A stretch of 63,352 nucleotides of DNA, filler included, from Octopus bimaculoides (Eukaryota): NCBI RefSeq assembly GCF_001194135.2. It is 4 parts of 3 records of this genome, joined end to end, with 100 filler letters (N's around TTAATTAATTAA, not from the genome) between each part and the next. Parts side by side here need not be neighbours in the genome. Positions count along the whole stretch, not along the records: positions 1 to 21,268 come from NC_068992.1; 3 more parts are not named here. One strand, given 5' to 3'. Positions within the stretch are counted from its first letter, which is position 1; each line of letters opens with the position of its first letter. The translations under genes and the position numbers were made by a program. A model generated the notes under the pieces. The model was not told where the DNA came from. It searched no databases and saw nothing but the letters and a program-made list of their open reading frames with translations. Below are positions 1 to 11,830 of this stretch, piece after piece.

Positions 1-40
1 CCACCACCACCACCACCACCACCACCACCACCACCATCAT
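1..40. repeat. (CCA)n/(CAT)n microsatellite
   Basis: Direct reading of tandem CCA units. Confidence 0.95.
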
Positions 41-208
41 CATTGAAAACAGGAATGTATTCCTTTGTTATAACGTTTATGTGACGCAGTCAGAGAACTC
101 GTATTATGTATTTCCTATTGCTTGCGTTTTGGAATCTGAATCAACAGCGAATTCTTAAAATTGTTACAATTTCAAGAATTTAGGATAAATTATCAATCAT
201 ATTTGATC

Positions 209-320
209 TTTTCCTTGTTTTAGTCATTGAATTGCGGCCGTACTGGAGCACCGCCTTAAAGAGGGTTAATCGAAGAAATCCACCCCGTCCATCTTTTTAA
301 AATTTTGGTACTTATTTTTT
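209..320 (-). mobile_element. SINE family A, 3' tail fragment
   Basis: Matches GTCATT-TGCGGCC-GCTGGAGCACCGCC tail motif seen at 4500-4560, 39400 and 43935. Confidence 0.7.
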
Positions 321-765
321 TGTTCCGTCTGTCCCAACATCTGACCTGACTTAAATGCGATCCCCATTGATTTAATCTAAGTGAAGTATAGTCAAGCTTA
401 TTGTTAAGTTGGTAAAATATATAAAATATTAAACATGTCGTTCATGTTTTTTCCAGTCTTTCAATACAAAAGAGGTCCACTTTTTGCAGAATACACTGTT
501 GGAATATCGTGAATTATTATGAATGATTTATAAAATCTAATCTGCTACTAGATTAGGATTAGAGATTAAAATGCCGTCTTTTAGAACAACACATCGTAGG
601 GCCTGATATTTAGTTATTTATTATTGTTTTTGTTTTTTTTAATTCTACAATATTTAACATTATATTCCTCGAGTTAACGAGTATACAGTTAATAAAATTG
701 GGTTCCAAACAGTGCATTTTGGTATAGTGGTGCGCTGTGAGTGTGTCCATGTGCACCACCCTATA

Positions 766-1301
766 CTAGGTTGAGGAAAATTTCGTGCAACGTGCTAGAA
801 TAATGATTTTTGTATGCAACACTTTATTCAAAAACAACAACAACTATTCTTCAAAATAAAGACCATCATTTTGCATGACCTTCTGCCAACGAACTGCAAG
901 CTTTCGGATTTAGTCGAAGTACCAATCCTTCGGCTTTGAATCGAAAAATTCTTGACAGGCTTCTTAAGCTTCATCGGATGACTCAAATCGGTGACCTTTC
1001 ATAAAGTGCTGCATTGATCAGAAGAAACCGTAGTCAGATGGAGCAACGTCTGGACTAGAGGCTGGATGCAGCAGAACTTCCACACCGTCCAATTCTTCAA
1101 TCTTGTTGCTGGTTTTTCTGGTGGTGTGCAGCTTTGAATTGTCATGTAGGAACAAAGCGCGTTTTCGACGAACAAGTCTTGGGTACTTTTCAACAGTGAA
1201 TTACCATTGAACATGACATGAACTGAATGAACACACACACCACAAAAATATATAGAAAAGCATTATTTTAACATAGCGCACGAACGTTTTCCTCAACTTA
1301 A
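766..1301 (-). mobile_element. Mariner (DD34D) internal-deletion derivative
   Basis: Diverged TIRs (CTAGGTTGAGGAAAA..CGTGC / GCACGAACGTTTTCCTCAACTTAA) flanked by TA. Minus strand translates to HPASSPDVAPSDYGFF..KLAVRWQKVMQNDGLYFEE with stops. Confidence 0.85.
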
Positions 1302-1589
1302 TACTATAAAACAGTATGTTAAGGATTGAGAAATCTATATTAATGCTTGAGTAACATTTTAAAGAAAACGTTCAATGCAAAGAATCCCTGTACTTTTTTT
1401 TTGCTTTTGTAATATGGTCTCCAATGTATTGAGAAGTCAGAACGTCTGCGAACCGTTGTTTTGCAAGTCCGTTTGATGTGTGAGAAATGACAACTGAATC
1501 TCCCTTAAATCACATCAGTTGTCTTAAAAATGGGATGCTTCGATGGAAAATTTAGTTTTAGAGAAAATAGGTCAGGGGGAAGTCTATAT

Positions 1590-1828
1590 TACTCCGCAAG
1601 GGGTTTAGAGCCGGTTTCCTGGTTTCTCTGGCGCTTATATTCCTCCCAGGGCACGATGCCGGTCGGGGTCGCAGGATCGCTCGTTTTTATCAGCTGAGTG
1701 GACTTGAGCAACATGAGATGACGCGTTTTGCTCATGAACATATCGCATCGTCTGGTCCAGGAATCGAAACCACAATGTTACAATCACGACGAGTCCAGCA
1801 CCCTCACCACTGAACCTTGCGCTTCCAC
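1590..1828 (-). mobile_element. tRNA-derived SINE with CORE-like central segment
   Basis: Minus strand has A-box-like CAGTGGTGAG, B box GTTTCGATTCC, then TGAGCAAAAC..GTCCACTCAGCTG..AAAA resembling the CORE domain. Confidence 0.65.
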
Positions 1829-2049
1829 TGAATAAATATTATATATTGTACTGAGCAACAGACCCTATTGGATGTATATTTTGCAGAATTCCGGCACCTT
1901 GATAAACAACGAAGGTCATTGAACTAAACTGATGTTGTTAGCAGAGCCACGCAACATGAAATTGTGGACAGAGATTCCTGGCGTAGCATCGTGAGACGCA
2001 TTTTGGTTGCGATAGATTGATATAAAAAAAAAGTATGTTTAAAAATAAG

Positions 2050-2194
2050 AAGGCTCGAAATTTTGGGGAGCGGACACTCGATTAGATCTACCCCAGTACG
2101 CAACTGGTACTTACTTTATCGACCGCGAATGGGTGAAAGGCAAAGTCAACCTCAGCAGAATTTTAACTCAAAACGTAAATCCAGACGAAATACC
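2050..2194 (-). mobile_element. SINE family B (Nin/Deu-like domain), tail type B1, partial
   Basis: Reverse complement of GACTTTGCCTTTCATCC..GATAAAGTAAGTACCAG core, recurring many times in the window. Confidence 0.8.
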
Positions 2195-2410
2195 TATTTC
2201 TTTATTGCCCACAAGGGGCTAAACATAGAGGGGACAAACAAGGACAGATAAAGCGATTAAGTCGATTACATCGACCCCAGTGCGTAACTGGTACTTAATT
2301 TATCGACCCCGAAAGGATGAAAGGCAAAGTCGACCTTGGCGGAATTTGAACTCAGAACGTAACGACAGACGAAATACCGCTAAGCATTTCGCCCGGCGTG
2401 CTAATGTTTC
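2195..2410 (-). mobile_element. SINE family B, tail type B2 (ends CCCCTTGTGGGCAATAAAGAAATA)
   Basis: Same core as B1 with a different 3' tail; second copy at 35426-35663. Confidence 0.85.
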
Positions 2411-2424
2411 TTTTCTACTCTAGA

Positions 2425-2617
2425 AACAAGGCCCACAATTTTGAAGGGAGGAGGCCAGTTGATTAGATCGACACAGTACGCAACTGGTACTTACTTTATC
2501 GTCCTCGAAAGAATGAAAGGCAAAGTCGACCTCGGCGGAATTTGAACGTAAAGACAGACGAAATAACGCTCAGGATTTCGCCCGGCGTGCTAACGCTTCT
2601 GCCATCTCGCCGCCCTC
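2425..2617 (-). mobile_element. SINE family B, tail type B1
   Basis: Head GGCGGCGAGATGGCAGAA, B-box-like GTTCAAATTCC, core, and GGCCTTG..AGAGTAGAAAA tail. Confidence 0.85.
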
Positions 2618-3689
2618 GTTTAAAAATAAGAATAAAAATAAAAATGGGCTGATCTTCTCTGGAATGTTTTTGATCTAAGGATTTTTTTTTTAATCATAGA
2701 CTGACATGGAATTAATAGCTTCAATAAGAACAAGAAAAATAACAAAAGACATAATAACAAGCGTATTTTTATACGACAAATATGAGTATGTGATTTCTTT
2801 GACAAAGCATGTTTATGAATAATACAAATGTGATGTGGACAGACAATCAGTGTGATTGTTTTCCTTTCGTGTAAACGTGAAAGTGGTCAACAAATTTCAC
2901 ACACATTTCTATGTGGGGCAGAAAACCGTCACAGCATGCTATCGCTGTCTAACTGCTCATCTGTGAAACGAAGAACTCCACCCAGTTTCAGCAATCTATT
3001 TGATAAACTACAATACAATCATCCATCGAGGGAAAATGCTTAGAGTCATACAATTCTTTCTTTATAAATAAAATTCCATAAAATACTAAATGAGGTCAAG
3101 CAATTGAATCCACCGTAATATGTAAATATATCTTCTGTCACCGGGTTGTTTATGATTATGGTAATACTTGGAAACAAGAAAGCCAGCCTTTTTGTTATCT
3201 AAGTATGTCGTCTATACGACTTTATAAATAAATTATCGATTATTCATCTTTCCTGGCGCCGTTCTATGTTTATTTTTTAAAATGAACTTTGTTTCTGTAT
3301 TATATTACCAGTAAGCAATAACGGAATACTTTCGCTGACGAAGTCTAGTATGACAAAAACAGTTCTAAGAGTTATATCCCTTGACAATAAAATTAAGTAA
3401 TATTTCAGCAATAGGGACTCATATAAACACTGATAAACGGAAATTAGGGTTTCGCTTTTATGTTCTATTTGTTATTCGATAAGAAGAATTCTCCAATAAT
3501 ATGGTTGTACTCTTATATTATTACAATTTATACTCCTAAAATTGCACATCCTCCGTATCAAGCGGATTGTCCGGCATTAATCAACCGGAGTATTTGTTCA
3601 GTGAGAGCAGTTATCGAGAGGACAAATGTCAGGGAAGAAGGAGTCCTGATCCCTATAAAAAAAGTTCTTTCTAGTCTCCCTTGAGTCCT

Positions 3690-3885
3690 TAGAGAGAAAA
3701 TATTGTTACTTAACAGCTAATAATTTTCCTTATTATTTATGATCTGAGTTCAAATTCTGCCAAGGTTGGGTCTGACTTTCGTCATTTCAGGATCGATAAA
3801 TTAAGTACCAGTTGCGTATTGAGGTCGATCTAATTGACTGGCTCCCTCCCCCAAAATTTCGGGCCTTGTGCCTAGATTAGAAAAG

Positions 3886-3888
<3 letters not shown>
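3690..3888 (+). mobile_element. SINE family B (B1 tail), diverged
   Basis: GAGTTCAAATTC..GATAAATTAAGTACCAG..GGCCTTGTGCCTAG. Confidence 0.75.
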
Positions 3889-3918
<30 letters not shown>

Positions 3919-4499
3919 NNNNNNNNNNNNNNNNNNNNNNNNNNNNNNNNNNNNNNNNNNNNNNNNNNNNNNNNNNNNNNNNNNNNNNNNNNNNNNNNNN
4001 NNNNNNNNNNNNNNNNNNNNNNNNNNNNNNNNNNNNNNNNNNNNNNNNNNNNNNNNNNNNNNNNNNNNNNNNNNNNNNNNNNNNNNNNNNNNNNNNNNNN
4101 NNNNNNNNNNNNNNNNNNNNNNNNNNNNNNNNNNNNNNNNNNNNNNNNNNNNNNNNNNNNNNNNNNNNNNNNNNNNNNNNNNNNNNNNNNNNNNNNNNNN
4201 NNNNNNNNNNNNNNNNNNNNNNNNNNNNNNNNNNNNNNNNNNNNNNNNNNNNNNNNNNNNNNNNNNNNNNNNNNNNNNNNNNNNNNNNNNNNNNNNNNNN
4301 NNNNNNNNNNNNNNNNNNNNNNNNNNNNNNNNNNNNNNNNNNNNNNNNNNNNNNNNNNNNNNNNNNNNNNNNNNNNNNNNNNNNNNNNNNNNNNNNNNNN
4401 NNNNNNNNNNCAATTAAGGTGATAAAATTATATGCCCCAGTATGACCGTGGCTTTAAAGCTGAAATAATTTCAAGAGTTTTCAAGAAAATACATATACT

Positions 4500-4697
4500 C
4501 TCTTTTACTTGTTTCAGTCATTTGACTGCGGCCATGCTGGAGCACCACCTTTAGTCGAGCAAAGCGACACCAGGACTTATTCTTTGTAAGCCTAGTACTG
4601 ATTCTATCGGAATCTTTTGCCGAATCGCTAAGTTACGGAGACGTAAACACATCACCATCGGTTGTCAAGTGATGTTCGGGGGACAAACACAGACACA

Positions 4698-4779
<82 letters not shown>

Positions 4780-4945
4780 CGACGGGCTGCTTTCAGTTTC
4801 CGTCTTCCATATCCACTCACAAGGCTTTGGTCGGCCCGAGGTTATAGCAGAAGACACTTGCCCAAGGTACCACGCAGTGGGTATGAACCCGGAACCATGT
4901 GGTTGGTAAGTAAGCTACTTGCCATACAGCCACTCCTGCGCCTAT
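4500..4945 (-). mobile_element. SINE family A, full length, with internal (AT)n(GT)n microsatellite
   Basis: tRNA-like head (GTGGCTGTATGG..GGTTCATACCC), TTGGGCAAGTGTCTT segment, internal microsatellite at about 4690-4780, tail ending GACTGAAACAAGTAAAAGA. Confidence 0.85.
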
Positions 4946-5091
4946 ATATATATATAAATGAAGAACTCCTTCGATCATGAATGGCCATGGGATTGCACCT
5001 AGAAAGTTGTCCTCCGACGCACAAGTCTGGGCAAGGTTGTTTTATGGAAGACCAGCAGTCACCCATGCATACCAGCATATATATATATAAT

Positions 5092-5773
5092 ACAAATGAT
5101 ATATATATATAACACAAATGATATATGTGTATCTGCATGTACACGTACATATATGTACATACCTACATCTACATGTATATATAGATGCATATCCGGGTAC
5201 AGGACGTCAAAAAAGGTGGACAAAAAAGGAACGGGAATATAAACAAAGCACAAAAAACGGAGTCTTTTTACGGACAACAGAATGAACACATAGTAAAATA
5301 GACAAGCCACTTATGGAACTTTTCCTTCATCAGCTGCCTCTATTCTAAACTAGGCGTTTCGAAGATGAGGCAAAACGCGCTCTTAGAATAGCTCTTCCCG
5401 CGAAGTGGTTAACCTGCTAAGCGGAGGATTCCAAAATAGCAAACAAAAACCAACACAGGAAAAATTAAACAGTGAAAACAATGTTATAGGCCGTTAAGCC
5501 GAACGAGAGATACTGAACTCTGTGATGTGACGAACTTGAGCGGAGAGAGATAGTAGTTCGTCTTGTCTTTATGCTGGCCGAAGGGAGAAAGGAAGAGGTG
5601 ACCACAGGTCACATGTGATCAACGAGGAGTGGTAGAGAGAGGAAAAGGGAGGAAGCTGAACAAAGGTGAGCGACGAGAGGCAGGGAGAAAAAGTAAGAGA
5701 GAGATATGTATAGCAGTGAAGGGGAGAAGCAAGGACAACAGAAGGAAGCAGAACGAGAGGGGGAGATAGGTAA

Positions 5774-5858
<85 letters not shown>

Positions 5859-6025
5859 GTGCGCGTCAGAAATATAAAGTTAAAACTCACTTGCAAATGG
5901 ACGCGTAGCGTTCGATGATATAATAATACAAATGATATATGAGCATATGCATGTATACGTACATATATGTACATACCTACATCTACATGTATATATAGAT
6001 GCATATCTTGGTACAGGACATATAT
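5092..6025 (-). mobile_element. Unclassified non-coding repeat with ~95-bp terminal direct repeats (possibly PLE-derived)
   Basis: Direct repeats at about 5110-5210 and 5925-6020; interior homologous to 48785-49518 (opposite strand) and partly 19750-19890. Confidence 0.6.
5775..5858. repeat. (AAAG)n(GATA)n compound microsatellite
   Basis: Direct reading. Confidence 0.95.
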
Positions 6026-6629
6026 ACATATATATATATATATATATATGAACGCGCACACACACAAAGATATATATATATACGGACACATATATAGAGA
6101 CACACACTGCAAAGGCAGGCATACACACGCGCCTCTGTACATAGAGCGTAACCTTTTATCGAAAGAGTGGCATAGATATGTTATAAACCCAAAGCTTCAG
6201 TCCTTTATATATGCAGTTGCTAGAAAACTGTTAGCCACCCCAGATACAAATTTGATTATATAATACGAACAAGCATCAAACCAGCCCTCACCAGCACTCA
6301 GGATATTGCGTTGTAACCTGAGATCGAACCAGCCTTATCAGTTTTATATTTGAACAATGATACCACTGAATCAAGTGACATAACTTATAATCAGTCATCA
6401 ACAAAACAATTAACGGATTGTCGTATCGCAGGGAGGCTGTTATCCGAAAACTGGATCGTAGAATCATGGAAGAAAGGGATTCTTTGTAAACGGGGTTGAG
6501 TCATTTCAAGGGGACAGATATGGGATTTGCAAAACAGAATAAAAAAAGGGGGCAAAATAACAAGAGAGGGAATGTTATTTGAGTTGTATGATGACAGAAA
6601 TACATATTCTGACGGCCATGTTGGAGGCA

Positions 6630-6880
6630 TTGTTGTTACTGGTGTTAATGGTAATTGTGACGGTGGTGGTGGTGGTGTTGGTGTTGATGGTGGTGGTGGT
6701 GATGTTGGGGATGGGGGTGATTGTAGTGGTTGTGGTGGTGTTGTTAATTGTATTGCGTAGCTCTTGGTGGTGGTGGTGGTGGTGGTGGTAGTGGTGATGG
6801 CAGTACCATTGTTGTTGTTCTTGTTGTTGACAGTGGTGATGGTGATGGTGATGGTAGTAGTAATGGTGATATCCGACCGA
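6630..6880. repeat. (GGT)n/(GAT)n degenerate trinucleotide tract
   Basis: Direct reading. Confidence 0.9.
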
Positions 6881-7025
6881 TTAGATGGGTGGTGGCCATG
6901 GTCTTGCTTGAGTGGTTCTGATTTCTACCGATGTAGAAACGGTGACGACAACAAGAACATGGTGACAAATAACAACGGCAACAGAAACAACAAAAACAAA
7001 ACAGCAGCTACAATGTATATACAAT

Positions 7026-7063
<38 letters not shown>

Positions 7064-7162
7064 GCGCGCGCGTTGTAAAACATTCAGACAGAAAAACGAC
7101 GTTTACAATGGTAATAAATACAACAGTGGAACCAACACATACGATAAAGTGAATAGTAAAAC

Positions 7163-7351
7163 CATCATCATCATCATCATCATCGTCATCATCATCGTCA
7201 TCATCATCGTCGTCGTCGCCGTCGCCGTCATCATCACCGACATCGTCACCAACAATGTCATCATCTCATCATCGACGAATTAACCAGAATCAGAACCACC
7301 AGCACGATCACCACCACCACAACAACAACAACAGCAACAACAACAACAACC

Positions 7352-7396
<45 letters not shown>

Positions 7397-7397
7397 G
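7163..7397. repeat. (CAT)n/(CGT)n/(CAC)n/(CAA)n trinucleotide tract
   Basis: Direct reading. Confidence 0.9.
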
Positions 7398-8294
7398 TAC
7401 CAGCATTAAGCAGTACAGCATTAAGAACTAAATAAGAGTGCGACAAGACGAGTAAATTATGAAATTGTGTGATGACCATAGGAGACATAATTTGAGGATA
7501 TTTAACTGAAGCTGACGTCAGCAGAGTACATTATTAATTATTGTTCAATACATTAATGCTGTTTATATATAAATATATATATANNNNNNNNNNNNNNNNN
7601 NNNNNNNNNNNNNNNNNNNNNNNNNNNNNNNNNNNNNNNNNNNNNNNNNNNNNNNNNNNNNNNNNNNNNNNNNNNNNNNNNNNNNNNNNNNNNNNNNNNN
7701 NNNNNNNNNNNNNNNNNNNNNNNNNNNNNNNNNNNNNNNNNNNNNNNNNNNNNNNNNNNNNNNNNNNNNNNNNNNNNNNNTATATACATGTATGTATATG
7801 TATATATGTGCGTGTGTGTGTGTACGTGTGTGTTTATACATGTATATGAATATTTATGCATATAGAAATATAATAAACGAATGTTTAATTCCGTTGTGTA
7901 ATAGGATCGAAACGGAAAGTGTTTTTTCTTCATTAAAGTCTCATCAGTGATTGTTAACTACGTCTCTCATTAATCTGGCCAAGTTTACAAAATTACTCAT
8001 AGAACTATATGCAAAACTATAAAAACATGACTAAAATTTAGTTATTAATATTACACAAAGCCACAGACTCGATAGCCAGGCATTAATAGCTGTAGAACAA
8101 GAAATAGAAAAGAGCAAAAAACAAAACAAAACAATGTCTTTATAAAACATAGGAGTTTCATAATATGAAAGACGAAACTAGTCCGTTTAGTTTCCATTTT
8201 AATCTACTTATCGTATTATGGTTAACCTACGTGCTGTAATTTCTCAGCGGATAGAAAAGTTATGTCTATTTCAGTTAATATTATGTTACATAAT

Positions 8295-8735
8295 AAAGCG
8301 GCGGCGTGCTGCGGTGTATGTCAGCTTGCTGGGCAAAACGCTTGACGGCATTTCGTCCGGGGCTGATAGAATAAGTAGCAGCTGAGCACTGGAGTCGGTG
8401 TCATCGATTTACCCTTCCCCACGATTGCTGGCTGTAGGTCAAAATTTGTAACCAATATTATGGTATGTGACTAAGCAGACAGGATCATTACTGCGCCGGG
8501 GAAAATGCTTAAATGCTTAGCGGCATTTCGTCCGTCTTTACGTTCTGAGTTCGAATTCCATCGAAGTCGACTTTGCCTTTCATCCTGTCGGGATGGTATT
8601 CCTTCGATATGACTCGACAAAATCAAAACACATCAATTCGGCTGTTTCCGCGATCGATAAAATAAGTACCAGCTAAACTCTGGGGTAGTTGTAACTGACT
8701 TTCCCGATTCCTTGAAATTGTTGGCCATGGCGATA
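8295..8735 (+). mobile_element. Cluster of partial SINE family B copies
   Basis: Family B motifs at about 8295-8460, 8495-8600 and 8640-8735. Confidence 0.7.
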
Positions 8736-10094
8736 TTGCTTTGCATGAAGCTTCATTACAAAGTGTCGAAAAAAATATCATTGCTATTTTGTTAAACTGT
8801 CGTATGCCCAAATTTGGCCAAATGCGTTTTTTTTTTCTTTCAATATTAAAAATTTTGCTTCCAATAGCCGGTTCTTTTTGTCAAACTATCGTATCTCCAG
8901 CTGCTTCAGATGCCAAGATATGAAAATTGTCAAAGTGTACTACAACAGTTTAGCTTTTTTCAAAAGTGTAGTAAGTCCCACATATCACAGTTTTGCGAAA
9001 ATATTTCTTATAGAAAATATCATACATGCATAGAATTACGATTTTATGCACCCAACAAAGTATTATTGTTAAGCTGAAACTGTTGTTAATGTAAAAAGAA
9101 ATGGAATGATGAAACCATTTTTTTTCGTTTTCTTAAAAGCANNNNNNNNNNNNNNNNNNNNNNNNNNNNNNNNNNNNNNNNNNNNNNNNNNNNNNNNNNN
9201 NNNNNNNNNNNNNNNNNNNNNNNNNNNNNNNNNNNNNNNNNNNNNNNNNNNNNNNNNNNNNNNNNNNNNNNNNNNNNNNNNNNNNNNNNNNNNNNNNNNN
9301 NNNNNNNNNNNNNNNNNNNNNNNNNNNNNNNNNNNNNNNNNNNNNNNNNNNNNNNNNNNNNNNNNNNNNNNNNNNNNNNNNNNNNNNNNNNNNNNNNNNN
9401 NNNNNNNNNNNNNNNNNNNNNNNNNNNNNNNNNNNNNNNNNNNNNNNNNNNNNNNNNNNNNNNNNNNNNNNNNNNNNNNNNNNNNNNNNNNNNNNNNNNN
9501 NNNNNNNNNNNNNNNNNNNNNNNNNNNNNNNNNNNNNNNNNNNNNNNNNNNNNNNNNNNNNNNNNNNNNNNNNNNNNNNNNNNNNNNNNNNNNNNNNNNN
9601 NNNNNNNNNNNNNNNNNNNNNNNNNNNNNNNNNNNNNNNNNNNNNNNNNNNNNNNNNNNNNNNNNNNNNNNNNNNNNNNNNNNNNNNNNNNNNNNNNNNN
9701 NNNNNNNNNNNNNNNNNNNNNNNNNNNNNNNNNNNNNNNNNNNNNNNNNNNNNNNNNNNNNNNNNNNNNNNNNNNNNNNNNNNNNNNNNNNNNNNNNNNN
9801 NNNNNNNNNNNNNNNNNNNNNNNNNNNNNNNNNNNNNNNNNNNNNNNNNNNNNNNNNNNNNNNNNNNNNNNNNNNNNNNNNNNNNNNNNNNNNNNNNNNN
9901 NNNNNNNNNNNNNNNNNNNNNNNNNNNNNNNNNNNNNNNNNNNNNNNNNNNNNNNNNNNNNNNNNNNNNNNNNNNNNNNNNNNNNNNNNNNNNNNNNNNN
10001 NNNNNNNNNNNNNNNNNNNNNNNNNNNNNNNNNNNNNNNNNNNNNNNNNNNNNNNNNNNNNNNNNNNNNNNNNNNNNNNNNNNNNNNNNNNNNN

Positions 10095-10130
<36 letters not shown>

Positions 10131-11266
10131 TGCATGGATTTATATATGTGTGTGTCTAATACATGCAGTTCGTCTTTATTTGTTTAAATAGTAAATATAA
10201 GTGTTAGTAAATAAAAGTCTAGTTTCTGCAAATCTTCGTACATTAGAATAATAGACTTCAGGAAATGGGTTTTGGTCTCTTTAAGACTATACGTGTGTGT
10301 GTGTGTGTGCGTGTGTGTGTGTNNNNNNNNNNNNNNNNNNNNNNNNNNNNNNNNNNNNNNNNNNNNNNNNNNNNNNNNNNNNNNNNNNNNNNNNNNNNNN
10401 NNNNNNNNNNNNNNNNNNNNNNNNNNNNNNNNNNNNNNNNNNNNNNNNNNNNNNNNNNNNNNNNNNNNNNNNNNNNNNNNNNNNNNNNNNNNNNNNNNNN
10501 NNNNNNNNNNNNNNNNNNNNNNNNNNNNNNNNNNNNNNNNNNNNNNNNNNNNNNNNNNNNNNNNNNNNNNNNNNNNNNNNNNNNNNNNNNNNNNNNNNNN
10601 NNNNNNNNNNNNNNNNNNNNNNNNNNNNNNNNNNNNNNNNNNNNNNNNNNNNNNNNNNNNNNNNNNNNNNNNNNNNNNNNNNNNNNNNNNNNNNNNNNNN
10701 NNNNNNNNNNNNNNNNNNNNNNNNNNNNNNNNNNNNNNNNNNNNNNNNNNNNNNNNNNNNNNNNNNNNNNNNNNNNNNNNNNNNNNNNNNNNNNNNNNNN
10801 NNNNNNNNNNNNNNNNNNNNNNNNNNNNNNNNNNNNNNNNNNNNNNNNNNNNNNNNNNNNNNNNNNNNNNNNNNNNNNNNNNNNNNNNNNNNNNNNNNNN
10901 NNNNNNNNNNNNNNNNNNNNNNNNNNNNNNNNNNNNNNNNNNNNNNNNNNNNNNNNNNNNNNNNNNNNNNNNNNNNNNNNNNNNNNNNNNNNNNNNNNNN
11001 NNNNNNNNNNNNNNNNNNNNNNNNNNNNNNNNNNNNNNNNNNNNNNNNNNNNNNNNNNNNNNNNNNNNNNNNNNNNNNNNNNNNNNNNNNNNNNNNNNNN
11101 NNNNNNNNNNNNNNNNNNNNNNNNNNNNNNNNNNNNNNNNNNNNNNNNNNNNNNNNNNNNNNNNNNNNNNNNNNNNNNNNNNNNNNNNNNNNNNNNNNNN
11201 NNNNNNNNNNNNNNNNNNNNNNNNNNNNNNNNNNNNNNNNNNNNNNNNNNNNNNNNNNNNNNNNNN

Positions 11267-11298
<32 letters not shown>

Positions 11299-11342
11299 AT
11301 ATATACACACACACACTTACACACACACGCACACAAATATAA

Positions 11343-11511
11343 TATACGACGGGATTCTTTCAGTTTCTGTCAACCGAATCCATGCACAATCATTTGGTCG
11401 GCCGGAGGCTAAAGCAGAAGACACTTGTCCACGGTGCCACGCAGTAGGACTGAACCTGGAACCATGTGGTCGGGAAGCAAGTTCCTTACCACACAGCCAC
11501 GCCTGCGCCTA
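11343..11511 (-). mobile_element. SINE family A, 5' half; microsatellite side runs into a gap
   Basis: Homologous to 4780-4945. Confidence 0.8.
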
Positions 11512-11624
11512 TGTATGCATGTATGTATGTATGCATGTATGTATGTATGCATGTGTGTATGCGTGTGTATGTTTGTGTGTGTATGCGCGTGTGTGTGCGT
11601 GTGTGAGCGTATACCTTCAGGCTT

Positions 11625-11830
11625 TGGGCTTCGGCCATGCTAGAGCACCGCCTTTAAGGGCTTAGTCGAACAAGTAGAAATTGGTACTTATAATTTCCTT
11701 TAGAGTTTGTTACTTATTCTATCGGTCTCTATTTGCTGAACTGCTAAGTTGCGGGAAGGTAAACAACCATCACCAGACATCAAACAGTCGTGGTGGGGGA
11801 CCAAGCACAAATGCATAGACACACTCACAC
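11625..11830 (-). mobile_element. SINE family A, 3' half
   Basis: GGCCATGCTAGAGCACCGCC..CTAAGTTGCGGG..ACCAAGCACAAA homologous to 4525-4700. Confidence 0.7.

Noticed and set aside
6527-7488. Gly-, Val-, Pro- and His-rich ORFs
   Set aside because: Translations of trinucleotide microsatellites, open in several frames on both strands
7935-7955. CTGATGAGAC on the minus strand as a hammerhead
   Set aside because: No complementary GTC-GAAA downstream on that strand
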